Source: a plasmid
Direction: 5' to 3' (one strand)
DNA: 29,769 bases
Sequence record: NZ_CP021967.1
Under the pieces are notes generated by a model. That model had not been told where the DNA came from. It did not search any database and saw only the letters and a list, made by a program, of their open reading frames with translations. Positions within the stretch are counted from its first letter, which is position 1. The number at the start of each line of letters is the position of its first letter. Of the stretch, positions 8,209-16,543 are shown one piece after another. Both the position numbers and the translations under genes were made by a program.

Positions 8209-9153
8209 ATGAGGAAATATGATGTAGTAGTGATTGGGGCCGGTCCTGGTGGAATGACCGCTGCCTTATATGCAGCACGAGCTAATTTAAATGTAGCAAT
8301 GCTTGATCGCGGTATTTATGGTGGACAAATGAACAACACCGATGACATTGAAAACTACCCTGGTTTTACAACAATTAAGGGGCCTGAACTTGGTGAGAAA
8401 ATGTATCAAGGAACCGTTAAGGCCGGAGTGAATTTTGTATACGGTGATGTCCAAAACGTTACCGTTGATGATCAACAAATGAAGCATATTCAAACCGATA
8501 GTGACGAGTTAGTAGCAAGCGCAGTAATTATTGCAACAGGATCTAATAATCGAAAATTAGGTGTACCAGGTGAAGAAAATTTCTCCGGAAAAGGGGTTTC
8601 TTACTGTGCAGTATGTGATGGTTCTTTCTTTAAAGGAAAGAACGTGACTGTAGTTGGCGGTGGTGATTCAGCAATTTCTGAAGGATTGTACTTAGCTAAT
8701 GTCACTGATGGAGTTAATGTCATTCATCGTCGCGATCAGTTACGGGCACAAAAGGTATTACAAAATCGTGCTTTTGATAACGATAAGATAGATTTCACTT
8801 GGAATACTAGTGTGACAGAGATTTTAGGTGATGAAAATCATGTTACTGGAGTAAAAATTCATAACAATCAGGTCGGTGATGATACAACTCTAGACACTGA
8901 TGGAGTTTTCGTTTATGTCGGTAACTTTCCAAACAGCCAAATTTTCAATAATTTAAATATTACCGATCAAGCTGGTTGGATTATAACTAACGATCAAATG
9001 GAAACAACAATTCCTGGAATCTATGCAATTGGTGATGTCCGGCAAAAGCAACTGCGGCAAATTACAACTGCGGTTGGCGATGGTGGTATTGCTGGGCAAA
9101 ACGCCTTTGAATATTTCGAAGCCATAAAGCATCGGCAAACGGTTAAAGATTAA
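8209..9153 (+). CDS. trxB: Thioredoxin-disulfide reductase.
   Basis: FAD-binding VIGAGPGG, redox-active CAVCDG, and an NADPH-binding GGGDSA motif. 314 aa. Confidence 0.9.
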   Translation: MRKYDVVVIGAGPGGMTAALYAARANLNVAMLDRGIYGGQMNNTDDIENYPGFTTIKGPELGEKMYQGTVKAGVNFVYGDVQNVTVDDQQMKHIQTDSDELVASAVIIATGSNNRKLGVPGEENFSGKGVSYCAVCDGSFFKGKNVTVVGGGDSAISEGLYLANVTDGVNVIHRRDQLRAQKVLQNRAFDNDKIDFTWNTSVTEILGDENHVTGVKIHNNQVGDDTTLDTDGVFVYVGNFPNSQIFNNLNITDQAGWIITNDQMETTIPGIYAIGDVRQKQLRQITTAVGDGGIAGQNAFEYFEAIKHRQTVKD

Positions 9154-9171
9154 AGAGAGGAAAATTACTTT

Positions 9172-9819
9172 ATGGAAATCAAATATTGGTCAGACATTGC
9201 TTGCCCCTTTTGTTATATCGGTTCTAACCGAATGAAACGAGCAATGAAGGAAATTGGTATTTATGACACAACTGAATTAGAGTTCAAATCATTCGAGCTT
9301 AACCCTGCAACACCAAAGGAAACCGATGAAGGATACATTAATCACTTCACTCAGGGAAATAAGGCAATGGAGCCACAGGCCAAAAAGCAAATGGCTTACA
9401 TCGAACAAATGGCGCATAACGATGGTCTACCAATGGATCTTGACAGTGTAGTACCTACAAATACTATGGATGCGCACCGGATTATTAAATTCGCAGAAGC
9501 TACAAATGATCCTGATTTGACTGAACGAGTAATTAGACGCTTCTACCAAGTTTACTTTAGTGATGGTCAATCGATTTCTGACCATGATGTGCTATTAAAT
9601 GCGGCAATGGAAGCTGGGCTTGCTAAAGACGAAGTAGAAAAAGTGCTTAATTCTAACCAATATCATCAAGCTGTGGTCAATGACGAGGCAGAGGCTCAAC
9701 AATCCGGTATTCATGCTGCACCTTTTTTTGTAATCAATAATAAGTATGCAATTAGTGGTGCTCAACCATATGAAGTCTTTGTTAAAGCCTTAAAGGGAGT
9801 TCAAGCAGAAGAAAATTAG
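9172..9819 (+). CDS. DsbA/FrnE-family thiol:disulfide oxidoreductase (2-hydroxychromene-2-carboxylate isomerase-like fold).
   Basis: CPFC active site within WSDIACPFCYIGS. 215 aa. Confidence 0.75.
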   Translation: MEIKYWSDIACPFCYIGSNRMKRAMKEIGIYDTTELEFKSFELNPATPKETDEGYINHFTQGNKAMEPQAKKQMAYIEQMAHNDGLPMDLDSVVPTNTMDAHRIIKFAEATNDPDLTERVIRRFYQVYFSDGQSISDHDVLLNAAMEAGLAKDEVEKVLNSNQYHQAVVNDEAEAQQSGIHAAPFFVINNKYAISGAQPYEVFVKALKGVQAEEN

Positions 9820-9831
9820 GAGGAATTTACG

Positions 9832-9960
9832 ATGACCGAAGATAAGCCACAATTTAATACAATATTTGGCGATAATAATGATGCTGCTGTATGTGGGCCA
9901 GACGGTTGTAATATCGCTGAACATCAAAAGCAAACTGAGGATAAGAAGAAAACAAAATAA
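9832..9960 (+). CDS. 42-aa hydrophilic miniprotein with C-x4-C (AAVCGPDGCNI), in an operon between the DsbA-like and GR-like genes.
   Basis: Strong RBS AGGAGG 7 nt upstream of ATG. Under 60 aa, so absent from the ORF track. Confidence 0.4.
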   Translation: MTEDKPQFNTIFGDNNDAAVCGPDGCNIAEHQKQTEDKKKTK

Positions 9961-9977
9961 ATGGAGGAAAGCTATAA

Positions 9978-11309
9978 ATGAAGTTTGACTACGTTGTTAT
10001 TGGCAGTGGGCCATCAGTTTATCGTTTCCTATTGGGAATGCAGAATAGCGGAAAGAAAATCGCGGTTGTTGAAAAGAATCGGTTTGGCGGAATTTGCCCT
10101 AACGAAGGCTGCGAACCCAAGATTTTCTTAGAAGGAGCAGCACGAGCAACCTTAACTTCAATGCGTTTGCAAGGTAAGGGAATTACTCAACCAGCTAAGC
10201 TTGACTGGAAAGAACTTATTCAGCAAAAGAATAAGGCTATGGCGTCATTCCTAAATAATATGCAAAGTATGTATGAAGGCCTGGGTGCGACTACCATCAA
10301 GGGTGAAGCATCATTTGTTGATCAACATACCATTGAAGTTAATAATAAAAAAATCACTGCTGATAATTTTGTAATCGCAACCGGAAAAAAGCCGCATCCT
10401 CTTAACATTCCTGGCCACGAGTACCTACTTACTAGTACTAATCTTTTTGAACTCGAAGATACTCCAAAGAACGTCGCAATTATCGGAAGTGGTTACGTTG
10501 GTATGGAATTTGCTACATTGTTGTCTGCTGCCGGGGTTAAAGTAACAGTTATTGTCCGATCTGGCCAACCACTAGAGGGATTTTACAGCCAACACGTTCA
10601 TCAGTTAGTTGATGAAATGAAAAACTCACTTGGTATTAATTTTATATTTAACACAAATGTTACAGCTGTTACCGAAGCACAAACTGGCTATGAGGTTCAA
10701 TCAGCTAACGGCAACCTTGGCACTTTTGATAAAGTTATTAATGCCAGTGGTAGAGTTCCTGAAATTAATGCATTGAAACTTGATAATGCTGGTGTAGAGT
10801 ACAGCAACCGCGGAATTAAAGTTGATAAATATTTGACCACATCAGCAAATAACATTTACGCAATGGGCGATATTGTTGATAAAACCGCACCAGCATTAAC
10901 CTCTACGGCACAGTTTGAAGCAGACTACTTAAGTGCCTTACTTACTAATAAAACAACTGAACCTCTTAGGTACCCAGTAATTGGAACCGTTACGTTCACA
11001 TTCCCCCAACTCGCTCAAGCTGGAATTAGTATTGATAAAGCAAAGGAAGACAGTAATTATTCAATTAAAGATATTGATATTACTCAAGGTGACTTTCTTT
11101 ATGCTGGAACAGATGATCACGCACGATTATCATTAGTCTTTGACAAGCAAAATCATCTCGTGGGCGCTGCTGAAATTAGCCAAACAGCAGTAGATGATAT
11201 CAATTCACTAATTCCTGTTATGGCAATTGATGTTGATCCAGAGGTTTGGAAAGAAAAGATGCTAATGGCTTTCCCTGGTTTAGCATATAAAATTAGAACA
11301 TTAATTTAA
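9978..11309 (+). CDS. Class I pyridine nucleotide-disulfide oxidoreductase (glutathione reductase / CoA-disulfide reductase-like).
   Basis: Redox-active CPNEGC (CX4C) after the FAD fold. Second dinucleotide fold GSGYVGMEF. C-terminal dimerisation domain. 443 aa. Confidence 0.8.
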   Translation: MKFDYVVIGSGPSVYRFLLGMQNSGKKIAVVEKNRFGGICPNEGCEPKIFLEGAARATLTSMRLQGKGITQPAKLDWKELIQQKNKAMASFLNNMQSMYEGLGATTIKGEASFVDQHTIEVNNKKITADNFVIATGKKPHPLNIPGHEYLLTSTNLFELEDTPKNVAIIGSGYVGMEFATLLSAAGVKVTVIVRSGQPLEGFYSQHVHQLVDEMKNSLGINFIFNTNVTAVTEAQTGYEVQSANGNLGTFDKVINASGRVPEINALKLDNAGVEYSNRGIKVDKYLTTSANNIYAMGDIVDKTAPALTSTAQFEADYLSALLTNKTTEPLRYPVIGTVTFTFPQLAQAGISIDKAKEDSNYSIKDIDITQGDFLYAGTDDHARLSLVFDKQNHLVGAAEISQTAVDDINSLIPVMAIDVDPEVWKEKMLMAFPGLAYKIRTLI

Positions 11310-11442
11310 CAACAAGAGGGTCTATTTGTGATTAATGACCCCTCAAAAAGACTATTAAAACAACCCTCATTATCTGACTAGTAGATACCGGGGGTTGTTT
11401 TTTTATAAAATGATATAATACTCCCTAGATAGGAGAAAACGT

Positions 11443-11589
11443 ATGTCTAGACAAAAACGATCAATCAAGGAAAATAATGATAAATTAAAAGTTCAATTAG
11501 AACTCCTCCGTAGTTATACGGAACACTTTGACTCAGGTATGATTCATATGGCTTTGCCAATGGCTACACAGGTTCGTGTATTAATACGG
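11443..11589 (+). pseudogene. 5' fragment (49 codons, MSRQKRSIKENNDKLKVQLELLRSY...) of a gene truncated by the IS30-family insertion.
   Basis: RBS GGAGAAAAC upstream of ATG. The reading frame runs straight into the IS30 terminal IR, where a TAG stop is created. Confidence 0.4.
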
Positions 11590-12613
11590 TAGATTGCAAG
11601 AATTAACCGAACACTGCAAACTGCTGAAAAACCTTTCGTGGTGATTGCCAGTTGAGTGTTTTCATTGGTCTCGCATTGATCCAATGATTAATTTGATCTA
11701 ATTCTTTGGCGCTAACTGTTTCAATTTTGCGTTCTTTCGGTATAAAACGACGGACGTATCGATTTAATATCTCATTACTCCCACGTTCTTCTGGTGAATA
11801 TGGGTGCGCAAAATAGACTGGAATGCCTAGTTTTTGCTCGATTTCATTATATTTTGCAAATTCTCGCCCACGATCAACAGTGATTGACTTGGCATTTTTG
11901 ATTCCTTGAAAAAAACGAATTAAGACTGGTGTCACTGCCTGACTATTGCGCCCAGTGACCTGTCTCACGATATGTTGCCGGCTTAGTCTTTCAGTAATTG
12001 TCACCAGCACATCGCCACGTCTTTTACCCGATTGCATGGTGTCAACTTCAAAATGTCCAAAGGTTTGTCGTGCTTTCACACTTTCAGGTCTCGTTTCAAT
12101 CGAACGGCCATGCACAAATACTTGTCGTCTACCATCAGATTGACGCTTTTGACGGATACCTTTGTCAGGTAAATCAGCCAATGATAGTTTGAGTCGACCA
12201 GCATTGAGCCAATTATAAATCGTTTTGAAAGGTAACCCTAAAACATGAGCAGCAGTTTCTGGTGACCACTTTAAAATGCCAATGTGCTCATTCAAAAAGA
12301 CAGCGATAGCTGGTGTTAGTGTGTGATGACGGCCACGTAGATGACGTTTTTTCAATGCCAATGCATGAGCAATATCAGCTTTATAGGGCGTGACTTGATG
12401 AATTTCAACAGAGACCGTCGCAGGTGATCGGTTAATAAAACGCGCGATGGCACGAATCGAATAATTCAATTCCAGCAAAGTTTGAATGACAGTACGTTCT
12501 TGAGATGATAAACTAGTCATGAGTCGCAGTTCCTTTATGGTTGTTTTGGACAATTACCATTAAAGGCGCTGCGGCTTTTTTATTCAAGTGTTCGGTTTAA
12601 TTTTACAATCTAC
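11588..12613 (-). mobile_element. IS30-family insertion sequence (1026 bp).
   Basis: Terminal IRs GGTAGATTGCAAGAATTAACCGAACA (11588..11613) and TGTTCGGTTTAATTTTACAATCTACC (12588..12613) flank a single 316-aa transposase. Confidence 0.85.
11603..12553 (-). CDS. IS30-family DDE transposase.
   Basis: N-terminal HTH, then the integrase core with HFEVDTM...DRGREF...NPYSPEERGSNE motifs. Confidence 0.9.
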   Translation of the reverse strand: MSKTTIKELRLMTSLSSQERTVIQTLLELNYSIRAIARFINRSPATVSVEIHQVTPYKADIAHALALKKRHLRGRHHTLTPAIAVFLNEHIGILKWSPETAAHVLGLPFKTIYNWLNAGRLKLSLADLPDKGIRQKRQSDGRRQVFVHGRSIETRPESVKARQTFGHFEVDTMQSGKRRGDVLVTITERLSRQHIVRQVTGRNSQAVTPVLIRFFQGIKNAKSITVDRGREFAKYNEIEQKLGIPVYFAHPYSPEERGSNEILNRYVRRFIPKERKIETVSAKELDQINHWINARPMKTLNWQSPRKVFQQFAVFG

Positions 12614-12834
12614 CAACTATAAAAAGTTATCTAATTTAGAGCGCAACAAAATTAGCGGATGACATTGGATTGGCGACGTTTTAGGGGCAATTGGACATGT
12701 ATACCATCCAGCCGACCCTCAAAAGGTTCTAGATCAATTGAATGGCAAGACGCAACCTAAACCTGGACACCAATATAGTCCATATGGGTATTATTAATTT
12801 AACGAATTAACATAATGTAGCTTATACCAAGTTA

Positions 12835-12875
12835 AAAGCGCCAAGCCTTAATTTCATAAGGTTTGGCGCTTTTTC
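12835..12875. terminator. Bidirectional rho-independent terminator.
   Basis: AAAAGCGCCAAGCC...GGTTTGGCGCTTTTT. Confidence 0.65.
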
Positions 12876-12961
12876 TGTGATCTGTTCTTGTGAATTTCGC
12901 TCAAATTAATTGGTCTAGCTCTCACAATACCTACAGCTTGGCTTTTGTCATTTGTGAAATT

Positions 12962-13246
12962 TTAGTCCGTGAGCGGTTTATGAGAGGGCTGTTTGTGCTT
13001 TTTGCGGAGGCGTAAACGGACCACCAACTTGTGTTGGGCGACTTCTTCGTCAGACAAGGTTAACTTCTCATCAATCGAGAAAGAGGTCGTTTTATAATTT
13101 TTGGCCAGGACAACCGCATAAACCGCCTGGTCAATCTGTTCACTTTGCTCGGGTGTTAAGGCAAACGTATAAGTCTTGTCGCCATACAAAATCGTTTTAT
13201 CAGGGGCTACGCGCGTAAAGCGGCCCTTAATTGCATTGTACGTCAT
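12962..13246 (-). CDS. Hypothetical protein, 94 aa.
   Basis: Intact ORF with a downstream terminator at 12835..12875. No family recognised. Confidence 0.5.
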   Translation of the reverse strand: MTYNAIKGRFTRVAPDKTILYGDKTYTFALTPEQSEQIDQAVYAVVLAKNYKTTSFSIDEKLTLSDEEVAQHKLVVRLRLRKKHKQPSHKPLTD

Positions 13247-13789
13247 AACAGCTCCTTTCTTGATTTTATTAGATAAATCTCATCAAAGGGGCGTTTATTA
13301 CCTTTTTGCCCCATAATAGAAATGTCGACTTAAACTTACTCCCCCAAGCGTTGAGGAGGGGTTACCTATCGGTTTATTTGCAATTTTACCCCCCTATTAG
13401 TAATTTGGGGGCTTGGTTAATTTTTTGAATCGTCTTTAATTGTCAAAAATAACAGTCTAGCCATCATACTATCAGCGTCACTGTATTTTAAAGTGGGCCA
13501 CCAGGCTTGCCCAGCGTACTGGCCCAAGCCTTTGAAACAGCAGAGCTGTTTCATGGCAATTATTGTTTATAATTATACACTGTCTTGCCCTGAAAGGAAA
13601 CTTGCTTCAAAAAAAGACAAACAAAAAGAGCTGGTGTTCCTACGCACTAGCCCTTTTTACTAGAGAGGTTAATCTCCATGTATTTCTTCCTGTCTATATT
13701 ATAGCATTGTATTAGTATCATTTCAAAACATGATATACTTAAAAAGCTGTTGTTTCCTACTATACGCGACGGCAAGGAGGTGAAACTCC

Positions 13790-13894
13790 ATGATATATTT
13801 CTTCCAAGAACTCACACAATTGTTCAACGCAATCTGTGTTGCTGTTGTGACGTTCGCAATCAAACATTATTTTGATGATCTTAATGATCGTTAA
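13790..13894 (+). CDS. 34-aa peptide MIYFFQELTQLFNAICVAVVTFAIKHYFDDLNDR. Candidate Fst-like type I toxin (module b).
   Basis: RBS AAGGAGGTG 8 nt upstream. TM core with a charged acidic tail. Intrinsic terminator 9 nt after the stop. The tandem-duplication breakpoint (13866/13867) falls inside this ORF. Confidence 0.45.
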   Translation: MIYFFQELTQLFNAICVAVVTFAIKHYFDDLNDR

Positions 13895-13896
13895 AA

Positions 13897-13976
13897 TAAT
13901 GTGGGCACCTTAAGGGTGCCTTTTTGTTTGCTTTTATTGTATAACACCTATTAATTGCGATAGTCCACTACAATTT
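13897..13976 (-). ncRNA. Candidate ~80-nt convergent sRNA (RNA II-like antitoxin of module b). A second copy lies at 15835..15914.
   Basis: Minus-strand TGTATAAT -10 (13989..13984). The transcript runs into the shared terminator. Confidence 0.3.
13903..13925. terminator. Bidirectional terminator shared by the module-b peptide mRNA and the convergent sRNA (duplicated at 15841..15863).
   Basis: GGCACC TTAA GGTGCC TTTTT. Confidence 0.7.
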
Positions 13977-14035
13977 TTTTGTTATTATACACTTACGTTT
14001 ACCGATTATTTTAATGTGGTTAAGCTGACATCAGC

Positions 14036-14235
14036 TTGCCCCGCGCGGGTAGCGTTCTGCATGACATGCTCCCACTGAAGGTGATCATGCAATGATAAAT
14101 TGCCCTGTCACGGCGTGACCCGCCGGAGGTTTTACAAGCCGGATAAGTGGCGCTGTAAAATAGCAGTTTCCCCAGCAGGAAGGGGAAACGCTACTGGCAT
14201 CGCTTGTCGATGACGCGCCTCGCAGAGCCTGTCCA
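14036..14235 (+). other. GC-rich multi-hairpin region resembling an ssoA-type single-strand origin. It contains TAGCGT (CS-6-like) and several perfect palindromes. Duplicated at 15974..16173.
   Basis: Palindromes CCGCGCGG, GTCACGGCGTGAC and GTTTCCCCAGCAGGAAGGGGAAAC. TAGCGTT at 14051 pairs with AACGCTA ~130 nt downstream. Local GC is far above that of its surroundings. Confidence 0.3.
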
Positions 14236-14246
14236 AAATAGAATTT

Positions 14247-14290
14247 TGGTATAACAGGCTATACCAGATTTTTAACGGTGTTATACTGGT
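14247..14290 (+). promoter_or_regulatory. Candidate MobV-type oriT. IR TGGTATA-N6-TATACCA followed by GGTGTTATACT (pMV158-like nick region GTG/TTATACT). Duplicated at 16185..16228.
   Basis: Lies immediately upstream of the mob remnant. The 10-mer GTGTTATACT matches the pMV158 oriT nick region as I remember it. Confidence 0.4.
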
Positions 14291-14322
14291 CTTGGAAAAC
14301 CTTTTTCGAGGAGGCATTTTTG

Positions 14323-14605
14323 ATGGCGCATTTAAAGAAAAATACGCGTGGCGCAGTCCCTGGTTTAGCAGTCCATTTTGAACGTAAAACTGACCATCAC
14401 ACTAACAAAGAAATTGATGTGTCGAAAACCTATCTGAATCAAGAGCTCATGGCGGATGGTTCAGATATGCTGTCACGTTTCAATGCGCGTTTAAATGACG
14501 TTTATTGCATGAAAAGAGACGATGTGAAGGCGTTAGCCACTTGGATTGTTACTTTTACCTGAAGAACTTGCAGAAGCGCCCTACGAGCAACAGAGCGCCT
14601 TTTTT
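14323..14605 (+). pseudogene. MobV/Pre-family relaxase, N-terminal ~95 codons only. Frameshifted near codon 80 and then truncated by the IS insertion.
   Basis: MAHLKKNTRGAVPGLAVHFERKTDHHTNKEIDVSKTYLNQEL aligns with the Pre/MobM N-terminus (HxxR, NxDIDxSKTYLNY-L). After ...WIVTFT* the +2 frame continues PEELAEAPYEQQSAFF (compare MobM EEQTRTFF) up to the IS terminus. Confidence 0.6.
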
Positions 14606-14646
14606 TGCTCAGAAGTCAATAAATTGGACTATTTTTATTCAGTTAC

Positions 14647-15488
14647 TTAGGCAACATTTGAGATACGATTGCGATTATAAAAATTGATATACCAACCAAT
14701 GGCTGCTTGGACTTGCGTTAATGTTTCGTATGCCTTCAAATACACCTCTTCACGTTTCAATATTGAATGAAATGCTTCCATACGGCCATTATCGTATGGA
14801 TGTCCTTTGAGTGAATATGAATGTTTCAAGCCATAATTTTGACATTTAATATTAAATTCAGCACTCGTGTATGTGACCCCATATCTGAATGAATAATTAA
14901 TGGCCTTCGATGCTTATCTAAAGCCATCTGTAAGGCACTTGTGGCTAGCTCGGCTGTCATTGTATCGCCAATTTTATAGCCCAATACTTTTCTCTTCTCA
15001 GGATCCAAAACGGTCGCTAAATAGACCCATCTGTGATTAGTCAACTGAATATAAGTGATATCTGTTTGCCAAACACCGCTCAAATCATGCAAGTGTCTAA
15101 TCAAATTGGGCTTTTGATCAACAGTCACCACAGTTTTTGGCTTGCGATAACGTTTTTGCATGCGGGATTTAATCCCTAATTCACGCATCAATTTGAGTGT
15201 CATATACCCAGATACTTTCGGACCGTCGGTTTGTTGACTATAAGCAGCAATACGGCGATAACCATAAAATTTAAAGGTTTTCCAAACGTCTAAAATATAA
15301 GGTTTTAGAGATTCTCTACGCTTTTCTTGTCGACTGGGCTGCCAATGGCGCCAGTTGTAATAGGTACTAGGTTTGATTTTAAGTGCACTTAAAATACGCA
15401 CAAGCGCGTAGCCTTGTGCTAAAAATTGGTTAACGAGCGGCAATCCCACATTACGGACTATTTTTTGGCTAGTAAGATGGCCGCTCAA
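14647..15488 (-). pseudogene. IS type-A orfB carrying the same 1-nt frameshift as at 6..802.
   Basis: The two ORF pieces 14826..15488 and 14647..14829 are identical to the other copies. Confidence 0.8.
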
Positions 15489-15494
15489 TGCCTG

Positions 15495-15737
15495 TCAGGC
15501 TATGTGTGATAAAATTTCGTTTTCTTCCTCCAAAATAGCGAGGCGCTTCTCTAGTTGCTTGACGTCTTTTAAAGTCTTTGACTGACCCTTGATCATGATT
15601 GGGGTAGCTTGTTTAAGCCAAATAGCAATAGAATCTTTCGACGGACCAAATTCTTCTGCTAATGATTTAAGTGAACGGCCTTCTTGGTGAAGTTTAACCA
15701 ATGAATCTTTGAAATCTTGTGAATAACGAATTGACAT
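15495..15737 (-). CDS. IS type-A orfA (80 aa; HTH + leucine zipper). It ends in TGA, in the same frame as orfB six nucleotides later.
   Basis: ...LEEENEILSHIA* then CAGGCA then TTG AGC GGC CAT... (orfB). The two ORFs share phase (249 nt apart). Confidence 0.85.
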   Translation of the reverse strand: MSIRYSQDFKDSLVKLHQEGRSLKSLAEEFGPSKDSIAIWLKQATPIMIKGQSKTLKDVKQLEKRLAILEEENEILSHIA

Positions 15738-16184
15738 AAAAATACTCCTATACTTTCATTTTACGGACTGAATAAAAATAGTCCATTTTTTTAGTATAAG
15801 AGCATTATTTTGATGATCTTAATGATCGTTAAAATAATGTGGGCACCTTAAGGGTGCCTTTTTGTTTGCTTTTATTGTATAACACCTATTAATTGCGATA
15901 GTCCACTACAATTTTTTTGTTATTATACACTTACGTTTACCGATTATTTTAATGTGGTTAAGCTGACATCAGCTTGCCCCGCGCGGGTAGCGTTCTGCAT
16001 GACATGCTCCCACTGAAGGTGATCATGCAATGATAAATTGCCCTGTCACGGCGTGACCCGCCGGAGGTTTTACAAGCCGGATAAGTGGCGCTGTAAAATA
16101 GCAGTTTCCCCAGCAGGAAGGGGAAACGCTACTGGCATCGCTTGTCGATGACGCGCCTCGCAGAGCCTGTCCAAAATAGAATTT

Positions 16185-16228
16185 TGGTATAACAGGCTAT
16201 ACCAGATTTTTAACGGTGTTATACTGGT
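16185..16228 (+). promoter_or_regulatory. Second copy of the candidate MobV-type oriT.
   Basis: Identical to 14247..14290. Confidence 0.4.
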
Positions 16229-16260
16229 CTTGGAAAACCTTTTTCGAGGAGGCATTTTTG

Positions 16261-16543
16261 ATGGCGCATTTAAAGAAAAATACGCGTGGCGCAGTCCCTG
16301 GTTTAGCAGTCCATTTTGAACGTAAAACTGACCATCACACTAACAAAGAAATTGATGTGTCGAAAACCTATCTGAATCAAGAGCTCATGGCGGATGGTTC
16401 AGATATGCTGTCACGTTTCAATGCGCGTTTAAATGACGTTTATTGCATGAAAAGAGACGATGTGAAGGCGTTAGCCACTTGGATTGTTACTTTTACCTGA
16501 AGAACTTGCAGAAGCGCCCTACGAGCAACAGAGCGCCTTTTTT
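16261..16543 (+). pseudogene. Second copy of the MobV relaxase N-terminal remnant.
   Basis: Identical to 14323..14605. Confidence 0.6.

Larger units (their letters stand above)
13867..15804. repeat. Tandem duplication unit 1 (1938 bp): 739-bp segment X plus a 1199-bp IS type-A copy.
   Basis: Base-for-base identical to 15805..17742 as far as I can see. The same ORFs recur exactly 1938 bp apart. Confidence 0.9.
14606..15804 (-). mobile_element. IS3-family element type A, complete copy A (1199 bp).
   Basis: Termini TGCTCAGAAGTCAATAAATTGGACTATTTTTATTCAG (14606..) and ...CTGAATAAAAATAGTCCATTTTTTTAGTATAAGAGCA (..15804). The ends are imperfect IRs sharing GGACTATTTTTATTCAG. Confidence 0.9.

Noticed and set aside
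8287-9138. Antisense ORFs 8287..8493 and 8953..9138 inside trxB.
   Set aside because: They are wholly contained within a well-supported trxB gene on the opposite strand. No RBS and odd composition, so these are shadow ORFs.
11946-12192. ORFs 11946..12143 and 11998..12192 on the + strand inside the IS30 transposase.
   Set aside because: Antisense shadow ORFs within a conserved transposase gene.
14132-14317. 61-aa minus-strand ORF (and its duplicate at 16070..16255) within the GC-rich region upstream of mob.
   Set aside because: The region is dominated by perfect palindromes typical of sso/oriT DNA. The ORF has no RBS and runs through the hairpins.
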